Shown here: positions 49,482 to 57,772 of the stretch, one piece after another | Layout: each line of letters begins with the position of its first letter | Position numbering within the stretch: position 1 is the stretch's first letter | Origin: an uncultured Thermoleophilia bacterium | GTDB lineage: Bacteria; Actinomycetota; Thermoleophilia; UBA2241 | Length of the DNA stretch: 64,000 bases | Assembly (NCBI GenBank): GCA_963702475.1 | Contig: CAVPCT010000003.1 | Span: forward strand, 608,001 to 672,000 | Reading direction: 5' to 3' | Program-made: the position numbers and the translations under genes | The notes under the pieces: generated by a model | Told to the model about the DNA's origin: nothing | The model's database searches: none | The model's input: the letters and a program-made list of their open reading frames with translations, nothing else

Positions 49482-49537
49482 AGAAGATCAACGAGCTGCT
49501 CGGCGTCTGAGCGGCCCGGCAGGCCCGTAAGGGGCCG
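49482..49537 (+). repeat. Right copy of the 56-bp repeat (orphan corrinoid-gene 3' end, KINELLGV*)
   Basis: 50/56 identical to 36256-36311. Confidence 0.9.
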
Positions 49538-49643
49538 GCCGCCCGCCCGGCCTGTCAGATGCAGAGCGGCGCTCCTGCGGCGCTCCGCTCAAGACCCCCA
49601 CTCGCGCCGCTCGGCCGGGCTGCGCCGCCCTTGACGCGCTGCG

Positions 49644-50501
49644 TCAGATATTGAGGCGGACGCCGTCGAAGTACGACAGGCTACGGCCGGCGCGCTCGAT
49701 GTTGGGAAAGCCCTCGCGGACCATGATGAGCCTCTCCAGGCCGAAGCCCAGGCCCACCCACGGGTCCATGACGCCCCAGTTGCCGTCCAGTGGGTGCGGG
49801 CCCATGCCGGCCGAGCACACCTCGATGCCGCCGACCTCGACGTCGATCATCTGGCCGTACACCTCGGACTCGGTCCTGACCAGGTCGTACGTCTTCACGC
49901 CGGCGGCGTCCATGACCACGGCCGCGAGCTCCGTCATCCGCTCGCGGCATCTCTCCTCCGGCGTGCCGAGTTCGACCAGGTTCAGCATGGTGAACTCGTT
50001 GAGGTGGCTGGACCCCTTGCTGTCACGGCGAAAGCACGGCCCGATCTCGTAGATGCCGAACGGACGGCCCCACATACGACCCAGGCGCCTCAGCATGGTG
50101 TACAGGTTGGGCGCCAGCATGGGTCGCAGGCAGCGGCCGTCCTCGAGCCAGAAGACCTGCTCGCGCAGGGGGTGACCGTGCTCGATGCCCATTCTCGTCA
50201 GCGATTCGGCGGCGATGATGAGCGGCGTGACCATGGGCACGAACCCGGCGGCGCCGAGTGCTTCGCGCAGCGCCGCCTCCAGCTCGAGCAAGCGAGGCGC
50301 CACTGCGCCCCCCTTCAGGTCTTTCAGGTGGCGCCGCCCGGCGCGCACGAGCTTGTCCTCGGCGGCGCGGAACGCGGTGTCGCGCTCCCCGGCGTCCGCG
50401 AAGGTGGCGTCGGCCAGCTGACTTGCACCGCCGAGCTCGCGCAGGCGCTGCACCTGGGTCGCCGAGAGGCGCACGCCTCCCGAGTCTGTCTGTTCACTCA
50501 C
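49644..50501 (-). CDS. pylSc: Pyrrolysyl-tRNA synthetase catalytic subunit PylSc
   Basis: QVFW, CLRPMLAPNLY, EIGPCFRRDS.G..HLNEFTMLN, VYG, GFGLERL, RSLSYFDG. Confidence 0.96.
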   Translation of the reverse strand: MSEQTDSGGVRLSATQVQRLRELGGASQLADATFADAGERDTAFRAAEDKLVRAGRRHLKDLKGGAVAPRLLELEAALREALGAAGFVPMVTPLIIAAESLTRMGIEHGHPLREQVFWLEDGRCLRPMLAPNLYTMLRRLGRMWGRPFGIYEIGPCFRRDSKGSSHLNEFTMLNLVELGTPEERCRERMTELAAVVMDAAGVKTYDLVRTESEVYGQMIDVEVGGIEVCSAGMGPHPLDGNWGVMDPWVGLGFGLERLIMVREGFPNIERAGRSLSYFDGVRLNI

Positions 50502-51583
50502 TCCTCACCTCCAGGGAGTGGGGCTCTCGTCAGATAGTCGCTCAGCCCGGCCACGAGCGCCCGCGCGAGCGACTCGACGCGGGCGGGGTCCGTCGCCGTC
50601 CGCGCCTCTTCCGGGTTGCTCAGGAAGAGCGGCTCGACGAGCACGGCGATGCCGCGCGTTTCACGCAGGAGCCCGTAGTTGCGCCCGAACACGCCCAGGC
50701 CGGGGAAGCCTACCGTCTCGAGGCGGGCGCCCAGGTACGTGGCGAGGCGCCGGCCGTGTTCGGAGTAGTAGTGGCTGCGCTGGAAGTAGTAGCAGGCCGC
50801 GCCGCGGGCTGCGGGGGAGCGGTCGGCATTGGCGTGCAACGAGAAGAACCAGTGCACACGCGCGGCATTGGCCAGCTCGGGGCGCGCGTACAGCGGCACG
50901 GTCTCGTCGCCTTCGCGCGTCAGCCACACGCGGCACCCTTCGGCGCGGAGCAGCTCGGCGAACCGCACGGCGAGAGCCAGCGTGAACTCCTTCTCGGTAC
51001 GACCCGTCGGAGAGACGGCTCCGGGGTCGGCGCCTCCGTGCCCCGGGTCGATGGCGATCACCTGGCCGGTGAGGCTCCGGGCGCCGACGTAGCCGCGGTC
51101 CCGCTCGGGGATCTTCTTGCCCTCGCGGCCCGACTCGGCTTTGCGCAGCGCCTCGAGCTTGCGGATCGTGCTCTCGCCGACGATGCCGTCGGGGATGAGC
51201 CCGGCGTTGTGCTGGAAGTCGAGTACGGCGCGCTCCACCTGGTCGTCGTGCACGCCGCGCTCGGCGCCGGCGTTGAAGCCCAGGAGGTTGAGCTTGACCT
51301 GCAGGGCCAGCACATCGTCGCCGCGAAAGGGCGGCTCCTTGAGGTAGAGCAGGCGGTCGCCGAGCGCGTAGCCGGCCTCCACGAGCTCGCGCCAGGTGGT
51401 GGCACCCACGACGCCGTCGGCCAGCAGCCCTCGCTGCTGCTGGAAGGTGCGAACGGCCAGCTCGGTGCCGGGGCCGAAGAAGCCGTCCACGCCCTCGCGG
51501 CCGAGCTCGTGGCCCTGGCCGCGCAGACGCGTCTGCACGTCGAGCACTTCTTTGCCGCGGTCGCCGCGGGAGAGGTTCCGCAC
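50498..51583 (-). CDS. N-acetylmuramoyl-L-alanine amidase with two peptidoglycan-binding domains (CwlM-like)
   Basis: DG.FG..T..AV..FQ...GL..DG.VG repeats; IDPGHGG, EK, SLHAN, LVEP. Confidence 0.9.
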   Translation of the reverse strand: MRNLSRGDRGKEVLDVQTRLRGQGHELGREGVDGFFGPGTELAVRTFQQQRGLLADGVVGATTWRELVEAGYALGDRLLYLKEPPFRGDDVLALQVKLNLLGFNAGAERGVHDDQVERAVLDFQHNAGLIPDGIVGESTIRKLEALRKAESGREGKKIPERDRGYVGARSLTGQVIAIDPGHGGADPGAVSPTGRTEKEFTLALAVRFAELLRAEGCRVWLTREGDETVPLYARPELANAARVHWFFSLHANADRSPAARGAACYYFQRSHYYSEHGRRLATYLGARLETVGFPGLGVFGRNYGLLRETRGIAVLVEPLFLSNPEEARTATDPARVESLARALVAGLSDYLTRAPLPGGEE

Positions 51584-51778
51584 TGCCGACTCCTGGAGAC
51601 ACGCCCTCGCACCATGCCGGGCCCGCCGGACTGGAGGATGGGCACGAGTCACTGCTCACTCACGTGGATCGAAGGCCGCCTTTCGCACACGCGGCGCTCG
51701 AGAGTGTAGGGTGACGGTATACCTGCGACCGCCCCGGCGTCGACCGCGGTCGGGCGGCGAAGAGGAACGGGGGAGTCG

Positions 51779-52195
51779 ATGGCGCGGAGCGAACCGGTCG
51801 TGGTCGGCTGGAAGAGGCGGGGGCTGCTGCTCGAGGGCGTCACACCTCACGGCCGAGTGGACCTCTCGTCTGCCCTCGACGAGGTCGGTGCGGGCGCGAC
51901 CCCCATGGAGCTGCTCGCCGTGGCTCTGGGCGGCTGCACCGCCATGGACGTCGTCTCCATCCTGCAGAAGATGCGGCAGCCCCTCGAGGACCTCCAGGTC
52001 GAGGTGAGCGGCGAGAAGGCCGACGAGCACCCCAAGCGGTATCTCACGCTGGAGATCGTCTACCGTCTGAAGGGCGACCTCGACGAGCACAGGGTCAAAC
52101 GCGCCATCGAGCTGTCCGAGAGCAGGTACTGTTCCGTGCAGGCCACGCTCAGGCCTGGCGTGCGCATCTCCTCGCGGTTCGTCATCGAGCGCTGA
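51779..52195 (+). CDS. OsmC family protein
   Basis: PMELL..ALGGCTAMDV, YCSV. Confidence 0.9.
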   Translation: MARSEPVVVGWKRRGLLLEGVTPHGRVDLSSALDEVGAGATPMELLAVALGGCTAMDVVSILQKMRQPLEDLQVEVSGEKADEHPKRYLTLEIVYRLKGDLDEHRVKRAIELSESRYCSVQATLRPGVRISSRFVIER

Positions 52196-52252
52196 GGCCG
52201 CGGTCGCGGGGCACACTGCCGCCGTGTCCGCTTTCACACTACTGACACGGTG

Positions 52253-52281
52253 TTTACAGGGAAAGGTGCTCCCTGTACTAT
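52253..52281 (+). promoter_or_regulatory. Promoter overlapped by an 8-bp inverted repeat
   Basis: TTTACA-17-TACTAT with TACAGGGA-N7-TCCCTGTA spanning both hexamers. Confidence 0.65.
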
Positions 52282-52310
52282 CGCGCGACAGGCTGCCTTG
52301 AGGGAGGTGC

Positions 52311-53039
52311 GTGGACCGCGATCACGAGCTGTCGGCCGTCCTTGCCGACGACACCCGCTACCACATCTACAGGAGCATCGCCGAGTGTCCCGGTGAGGAT
52401 GTGACCGTGGCGGACATCGCCGCGCGCTTCGGACTGCATCCCAACGTGGCCCGCATGCACCTCGCCAAGCTCGAGCAGGCAGGCTTCCTGGCCACTGACT
52501 TCCGCCGCAGCGCCGGCGGGGGCCGGCCGGCGAAGCTGTACCGGCTGAGCGATGTGGTGGTGACGTTCGGGTTCCCGCCGCGCCGGTACGAGCTTCTCTC
52601 GCGTCTCGCGCTGGAGGCTCTCTCCGCCGGCGGCTCGCGCGACGAGACGCTGCGTGCCTGCCGTGAGGCCGGCAGCGAGGAGGGACGGCGGTTGCTGGCG
52701 CAGGAGGGGCGCCCGCCGGCAGATGCCGCGCGTGCCGCGGAGCTCGTGCGTCGCGTCGCTGAAGAGCAGGGTCTGCTCCCGGCGGTGCAGTGGCGCGCCG
52801 ACGGCCTCGAGGTCGTCGTCAACAATTGCACGTTCAAGGAGCTGTCCGGAGCCGACCCCGACCTCGTGTGCGCCATGCACCGCGCCTTTCTCGAGGGCGT
52901 GCTCGAGATCGTCACGGCGGGGCTCGGGACGCTGCGCATAGAGTCCGGCGACTGCCGTATCAGCTGCGGCGACGCACGCTGCGAGCTTCTCTGCACGTTC
53001 TCGCCGAACGGCGAGGGCGGGGGCTCCGCAGCCGGGTGA
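52311..53039 (+). CDS. ArsR/SufR-like HTH regulator with Cys-rich C-terminus
   Basis: LHPNVARMHL.KL, GRPAKLY, NCTF, VCAMH, C..SC....C. Confidence 0.8.
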   Translation: MDRDHELSAVLADDTRYHIYRSIAECPGEDVTVADIAARFGLHPNVARMHLAKLEQAGFLATDFRRSAGGGRPAKLYRLSDVVVTFGFPPRRYELLSRLALEALSAGGSRDETLRACREAGSEEGRRLLAQEGRPPADAARAAELVRRVAEEQGLLPAVQWRADGLEVVVNNCTFKELSGADPDLVCAMHRAFLEGVLEIVTAGLGTLRIESGDCRISCGDARCELLCTFSPNGEGGGSAAG

Positions 53040-53072
53040 TACAGTAGCGGGACCGCACATGAGGAGGGCCCT

Positions 53073-53423
53073 GTGAGCGTCGACGAGGCGATCCACGATC
53101 TCCTGAACTTCTCCAGCGACATCCGCGGTGTCGCCGTACTCGGCGAGGCCGGCGACGTCGTGGCGGCGGCGCCGGCGGCTGACGCCGCCGCCCTGCAGGC
53201 CGCCTCCGCGGCGCTCTGGCAGGCGGCCCAGGCCTGCGCCTCAGGCACGTCCACAACGCCGCTCGAACACGTCGTCGTCCTGGACAAGGACGGCGTGGTC
53301 GCCATGCTCGCCGCCGACGGGCACAGCATCGTCGCGGTCACGGGGCCCAAGCCTGCGCTCGGCCTCCTGCTGTTCGACCTGCGCACCTGCCTCAGCGACG
53401 CGTACCCCGAGGAGGCCTCGTGA
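53073..53423 (+). CDS. Roadblock/LC7 domain-like protein
   Basis: 116 aa alpha/beta pattern, LGLLLFDLR C-terminal helix. Confidence 0.6.
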   Translation: MSVDEAIHDLLNFSSDIRGVAVLGEAGDVVAAAPAADAAALQAASAALWQAAQACASGTSTTPLEHVVVLDKDGVVAMLAADGHSIVAVTGPKPALGLLLFDLRTCLSDAYPEEAS

Positions 53424-53653
53424 AGAGACTTCGCCGGCGCATCCGGCTCTTCGTCATCGCCGTCGTCGCGCTGGCGCTGGTGCTCGCCGGCGCGGCCGTC
53501 TACGTCCGGCGCAAGCACGCCGCCCACGACTCGGCACCGGTGCAGCTCGGCGCGCGCGAGGGCGCCTCGCGCGACCTCTCCTCTTCCGACCCCGGGGTGG
53601 CGGCCGTGCGGGCGGCAGCCGCCCAGGTCCGCGCAGCCTTCCGGGACCTCTGA
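53420..53653 (+). CDS. Small single-TM protein
   Basis: Basic N-terminus plus hydrophobic stretch; overlaps both neighbours. Confidence 0.6.
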   Translation: MKRLRRRIRLFVIAVVALALVLAGAAVYVRRKHAAHDSAPVQLGAREGASRDLSSSDPGVAAVRAAAAQVRAAFRDL

Positions 53654-55053
53654 TGGACATCGCCGTCTTCGACAGGGGCCTCCTGGAGGCCACGCTGGAG
53701 CGTGCCCTGCGCCACGGCGGCGACTTCGCCGAGGTGTACGTGGAGGACCGCGACAGCATGGGCCTCCGCCTCGAGGACGGCCGCATCGAGCAGACGAGCG
53801 GCGGCCGCGAGGCGGGCGCCGCAGTGCGCCTGCTCTCCGGCGAGCACACGTACTACGCGTACAGCGACGCGCTCGACGAGGCGGGGCTGTCCGCGGCGGC
53901 CGACGCAGTGGCTGCCGCCGTTCGCGCCGGCGACGGTGGCGCTGAGGTCGTGCATCTGGGCGCGGTGCGGAGCCTTCCTGAGGCGCATCCGGTCGCGGTG
54001 CCGCCGGACGAGGTGGCCATCGCGCGCAAGGCGGAGCTCGTGCGTGCGGCCGATGAGGCGGCGCGTTCGGGCGGCGCCGAGATCGTGCAGGCCATCGTCG
54101 GGTACGGCGACACGCGGCAGAAGGTCCTCATCGCCAACTCGCTCGGCGACCTGGTCTTCGACGACCGCACACGTACGCGGTTCTCCGCGCAGGTCGTGGC
54201 GCGTCGCGGCGACGTCATCCAGACAGGCCACGAGACGGTGGGCGGCAGCGCCGGCTTCGAGCTGTTGGACGAGACGATCGCACGCGAGACGGCGGCGACC
54301 GCGGCGCAGAAGGCCGTCACCATGCTGGGTTCCCGGCCGGCCCCGGTGGGCGCCATGCCCGTGGTGCTGGCCAACGGCTTCGGCGGAACACTCTTCCACG
54401 AGGCCTGCGGTCACGGGCTCGAGGCAGACGCCATCGCCAAGGGGGCCAGCATCTACGCCGGCAAGATGGGCGAGGTGGTCGCGGCGTCGCACGTGAGCGC
54501 CTATGACGACGGCTCCATCCGCAACGGCTGGGGCTCCCAGGCGTTCGACGACGAGGGTGTGCCCACGCAGAAGACCTTGGTCATCGACGACGGTCGGCTC
54601 ACCGGGTACCTGTACGACCGCCTCCGTGCCCGTGAGGCCGGTGCCGCCCCTACGGGGAACGGCCGGCGCCAGTCCTTCCGTCACGTACCCATCCCGCGTA
54701 TGACCACCACGTACATCGCGCCGGGCGACCTCACTCCGGAGGACATCATCGCGGCGACGCCACGCGGCTTCTACGCCAAGAGCCTGGCCGGCGGTCAGGT
54801 GGAGCCGGCCAGCGGCGCGTTCGTGTTCGGCGTCGCCGAGGGCTACCTCATCGAGGACGGCCGCATCACGACGCCGCTGCGAGGTGCCACGCTCATCGGC
54901 AACGGCATCGACATCCTCATGAGGATCGACATGATCGCCGGCGACTTCGAGGTCAAGACCGGCATCTGCGGCAAGGACGGCCAGGGCGTCCCCGTGGGCA
55001 CAGGCCAGTCCACGCTGCGCATCTCCGAGATGACGGTGGGAGGGACGGGCTGA
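53653..55053 (+). CDS. tldD: TldD metalloprotease
   Basis: HEACGHGLEAD, DDEG, GNGRRQS...P.PRMT.T, CGKDGQ.VPV. Confidence 0.93.
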   Translation: MDIAVFDRGLLEATLERALRHGGDFAEVYVEDRDSMGLRLEDGRIEQTSGGREAGAAVRLLSGEHTYYAYSDALDEAGLSAAADAVAAAVRAGDGGAEVVHLGAVRSLPEAHPVAVPPDEVAIARKAELVRAADEAARSGGAEIVQAIVGYGDTRQKVLIANSLGDLVFDDRTRTRFSAQVVARRGDVIQTGHETVGGSAGFELLDETIARETAATAAQKAVTMLGSRPAPVGAMPVVLANGFGGTLFHEACGHGLEADAIAKGASIYAGKMGEVVAASHVSAYDDGSIRNGWGSQAFDDEGVPTQKTLVIDDGRLTGYLYDRLRAREAGAAPTGNGRRQSFRHVPIPRMTTTYIAPGDLTPEDIIAATPRGFYAKSLAGGQVEPASGAFVFGVAEGYLIEDGRITTPLRGATLIGNGIDILMRIDMIAGDFEVKTGICGKDGQGVPVGTGQSTLRISEMTVGGTG

Positions 55054-56396
55054 TGTTCGACGTCGTCGACGCCGCGCTCGAGCGGGCGCGGGCGCAGGGT
55101 CTGCGAGATGTGGAGGTCTATGCGGAGCGCAGCACCTCGCGCCGCATCAAGGTCTACAAGCAGGAGGTCGAGCAGCTCACCGCGGCAGAGCGCCGTGGTG
55201 TGGGGGTGCGCGTCTTTCGGGACGGTGCCGTCGGTCACGCGTACACGTCCGATGTGGGCGCCGAGTCGCTCGATCAGGTCGTGCGGCGCGCCGCCGACAA
55301 CGCGGCCGTGAGCGACGCCGACGAGTTCGTGGCGCTGCCGCAGCCCACCGGCGCGCCGGCCGACGTCGCTCCGTACGACGAGCGGCTCACGGCGGCCACC
55401 GACGAGCAGCGTATAGAGCTTGCGCTCGCCGTCGAAGCCGCGGCGCTGGCCGCCGATCCTCGCATCAAGACGGTCGAAGACGCCATGTACGCCGACGGCG
55501 AGGGCGAAGTCTTCCTCGCCAGCAGTGCCGGCGTGCGCGGCAGCTTCCGCGCCAACCAGTGCTACTGCTTCGCCTACGCGCTCGCGGAGCAGGACGGCCA
55601 GGTCGAGACGGGCTACTCCTTTTCGGTCGGTCGCGCGCTCGAAGACCTGGACCCGGCCGGCTGCGGCCGCGAGGCCGCCGAGCGCGCCGTGCGGCTGCTC
55701 GGCGCCAGGCCCTGCGCCTCGTTCAAGGGCCAGGTGCTGCTCGACCCGTTCGTGGCGGCGGCCTTCTTCGGTGTGCTGAGTTCGGCGCTCACGGCCGACG
55801 CCGTGCAGAAGGGCCGTTCGCTGTTCGCCGGTCGTGAGGGCCAGAAGGTCGCCGGCGAGCTGCTGGAGCTCGTGGACGACGGTACGCTGCCCGACGGCCT
55901 CGACAGCGCGCCGTTCGACGGCGAGGGGATCCCCACGCGACGCACGCCGCTCATCGGCAAAGGCGGCGTGCTGCAGGGCTTCCTGTACGACACGTACACG
56001 GCGCGCAAGGCCGCGCGCGAGTCCACCGGCAACGGCTTGCGCGGGTCCTACGCCGGGCTTCCGGGCGTGCGCCCCACCAACCTGGTGGTGAGCGGTCCCG
56101 CCACCCCGCTGGCCGACATCGTCGCAGGCGTCGAACGCGGCGTGCTGGTCACCGACGCCGTCGGCGTACACTCGGGAGCCAACCCCATCTCGGGTGAGTT
56201 CTCGGTGGGCATCTCCGGCATGCTCATAGCAGATGGCGAGCTTTCGACTCCCGTGCGCGAGGTCACGCTGGCGAGCGACATCATCAGCATGCTCACCAAC
56301 GTGAAGGCCCTGGGCGACGACGCCCGCTGGGTGCCGGGCGGAAGCATCCACACGCCCTCGGTGCTCATGGACGGCGTGGCCATCAGCGGTACCTGA
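55053..56396 (+). CDS. pmbA: PmbA/TldE protein
   Basis: FDGEG, STGN, N.ISGEFS; no HExxxH. Confidence 0.9.
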   Translation: MFDVVDAALERARAQGLRDVEVYAERSTSRRIKVYKQEVEQLTAAERRGVGVRVFRDGAVGHAYTSDVGAESLDQVVRRAADNAAVSDADEFVALPQPTGAPADVAPYDERLTAATDEQRIELALAVEAAALAADPRIKTVEDAMYADGEGEVFLASSAGVRGSFRANQCYCFAYALAEQDGQVETGYSFSVGRALEDLDPAGCGREAAERAVRLLGARPCASFKGQVLLDPFVAAAFFGVLSSALTADAVQKGRSLFAGREGQKVAGELLELVDDGTLPDGLDSAPFDGEGIPTRRTPLIGKGGVLQGFLYDTYTARKAARESTGNGLRGSYAGLPGVRPTNLVVSGPATPLADIVAGVERGVLVTDAVGVHSGANPISGEFSVGISGMLIADGELSTPVREVTLASDIISMLTNVKALGDDARWVPGGSIHTPSVLMDGVAISGT

Positions 56397-56509
56397 GTGA
56401 GCGCGGCGCCGGCTTCGCCCGGCCGCGCCTGGACCCCGGTTCCAGACCGGCTACAGTCGGCCGGCGGGCCCCCCGGCCCGCGCCGACGCACGACCGTGGA
56501 GGGAGTCTC

Positions 56510-57088
56510 GTGAACAGCGACCGCAGGCTGCCTGACGAGTGGGGCACAGAAGGGGCGCCGCTCAGTGATCTCGGCGCCCGCCTGCTCGCCGCCAGTTACC
56601 TGGAGGGCGACTTCGTCCTCCGCTCGGGGCGGCGCAGCAGGTTCTACCTGGACAAGTACCTGTTCTCCACCCAGCCCGACCTGCTGCGCGACATCGCCGC
56701 CGGTCTGGCCGAGAAGCTGCCGGCTCACGGCGACTTCGACCTCCTCGCGGGGCCGGAGCTCGGCGCCGTGGCCATCGTGGCAGCCACCTCACTGGCCTGC
56801 GGCAAGCCGTTCGTCATCGTGCGCAAGGGCGCCAAGGGTTACGGCACCGACAAGGCTCTGGAGGGCAAGGCCGGGCCCGGCCAGCGAGTCATCATGATCG
56901 AGGACGTCGTCACCTCGGGCGGCGCTGCGCTCATGGCGGTGGACAAGCTGCGCGAGGCCGGTCTCACGATCGACACGCTGCTCTGCGTGGTCGACCGCGA
57001 GGAGGGCGGTCGCGAGCAGATCGAGGCCAAAGGGCTCACCTTCGACCCGCTCTTCACCGCGACCTCTCTGGGCATCAAGAAGAGCTGA
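56510..57088 (+). CDS. pyrE: Orotate phosphoribosyltransferase
   Basis: GDFVLRSG..S.FYLDK, RK.AKGYGT, IEDVVTSGG, VVDR. Confidence 0.93.
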   Translation: MNSDRRLPDEWGTEGAPLSDLGARLLAASYLEGDFVLRSGRRSRFYLDKYLFSTQPDLLRDIAAGLAEKLPAHGDFDLLAGPELGAVAIVAATSLACGKPFVIVRKGAKGYGTDKALEGKAGPGQRVIMIEDVVTSGGAALMAVDKLREAGLTIDTLLCVVDREEGGREQIEAKGLTFDPLFTATSLGIKKS

Positions 57089-57090
57089 GC

Positions 57091-57756
57091 TCAGTCGACC
57101 GTGAACGAGGCCATCGCCGCCTCGAGCGTCGGCCGGAGCTCCTCCCAGTGCGCGGCGCGCGCCTGTCCCGTCACCTCGTACTGGTACTGCCCCGAGAACA
57201 GGAAGGTAGAGACGGCGGTGACGGGCACGCCGTCCGTCGCGAACGTGTACGAGACCGTGAACCCGGGCGTGCCGTTGACCGCGGTCCGGGCGAGTGGCTC
57301 GGTGACCTCGCCCGACGGCAGCTTCGCGAGCCTGTCGGCCACCAAGGCCTCGAGCTGGGGCTTGAGCCCGCGCACCTCTGACGTCTTCACCGCGCGGGCG
57401 AGCTCGAAGACCGACACCCGCACGCCGTCGACGTAGGCCTCACCGGCCTTGGGGCCGGTCTCATCGACGAACGAGATGCCGAAATCGGCTCCGGTGTCGC
57501 CTTCCTCGTCGGCCTCACCCTGCGTCAACAGCGCGTCGTAGGCGATGCTGAACCTGTAGGAGTCGTTTCTGTAGGTGTCCGTGGACCGGCCTTCGGCCGA
57601 CTCTTCGCCGGCGGGGGTGCCGCCGCCGCACGCCGTCGCGAGCGGCACCACGACGACGAGCGCCGCGAGCACGGTCGCGAGGATGCGTGACCCCCGAGGG
57701 GCGCCGGGTACTGCACGGCCGGGGCGTCTCTTGCCGCTGTGCGTCCTCGTTCTCAT
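57091..57756 (-). CDS. Putative lipoprotein
   Basis: Signal peptide with LATAC lipobox. Confidence 0.65.
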   Translation of the reverse strand: MRTRTHSGKRRPGRAVPGAPRGSRILATVLAALVVVVPLATACGGGTPAGEESAEGRSTDTYRNDSYRFSIAYDALLTQGEADEEGDTGADFGISFVDETGPKAGEAYVDGVRVSVFELARAVKTSEVRGLKPQLEALVADRLAKLPSGEVTEPLARTAVNGTPGFTVSYTFATDGVPVTAVSTFLFSGQYQYEVTGQARAAHWEELRPTLEAAMASFTVD

Positions 57757-57772
57757 CCGGCCGCGTCCTCCG

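Noticed and set aside
49545-49643. REP-like palindromic sequence between the repeat and the pylSc stop
   Set aside because: Single copy in the window; cannot be distinguished from a terminator region
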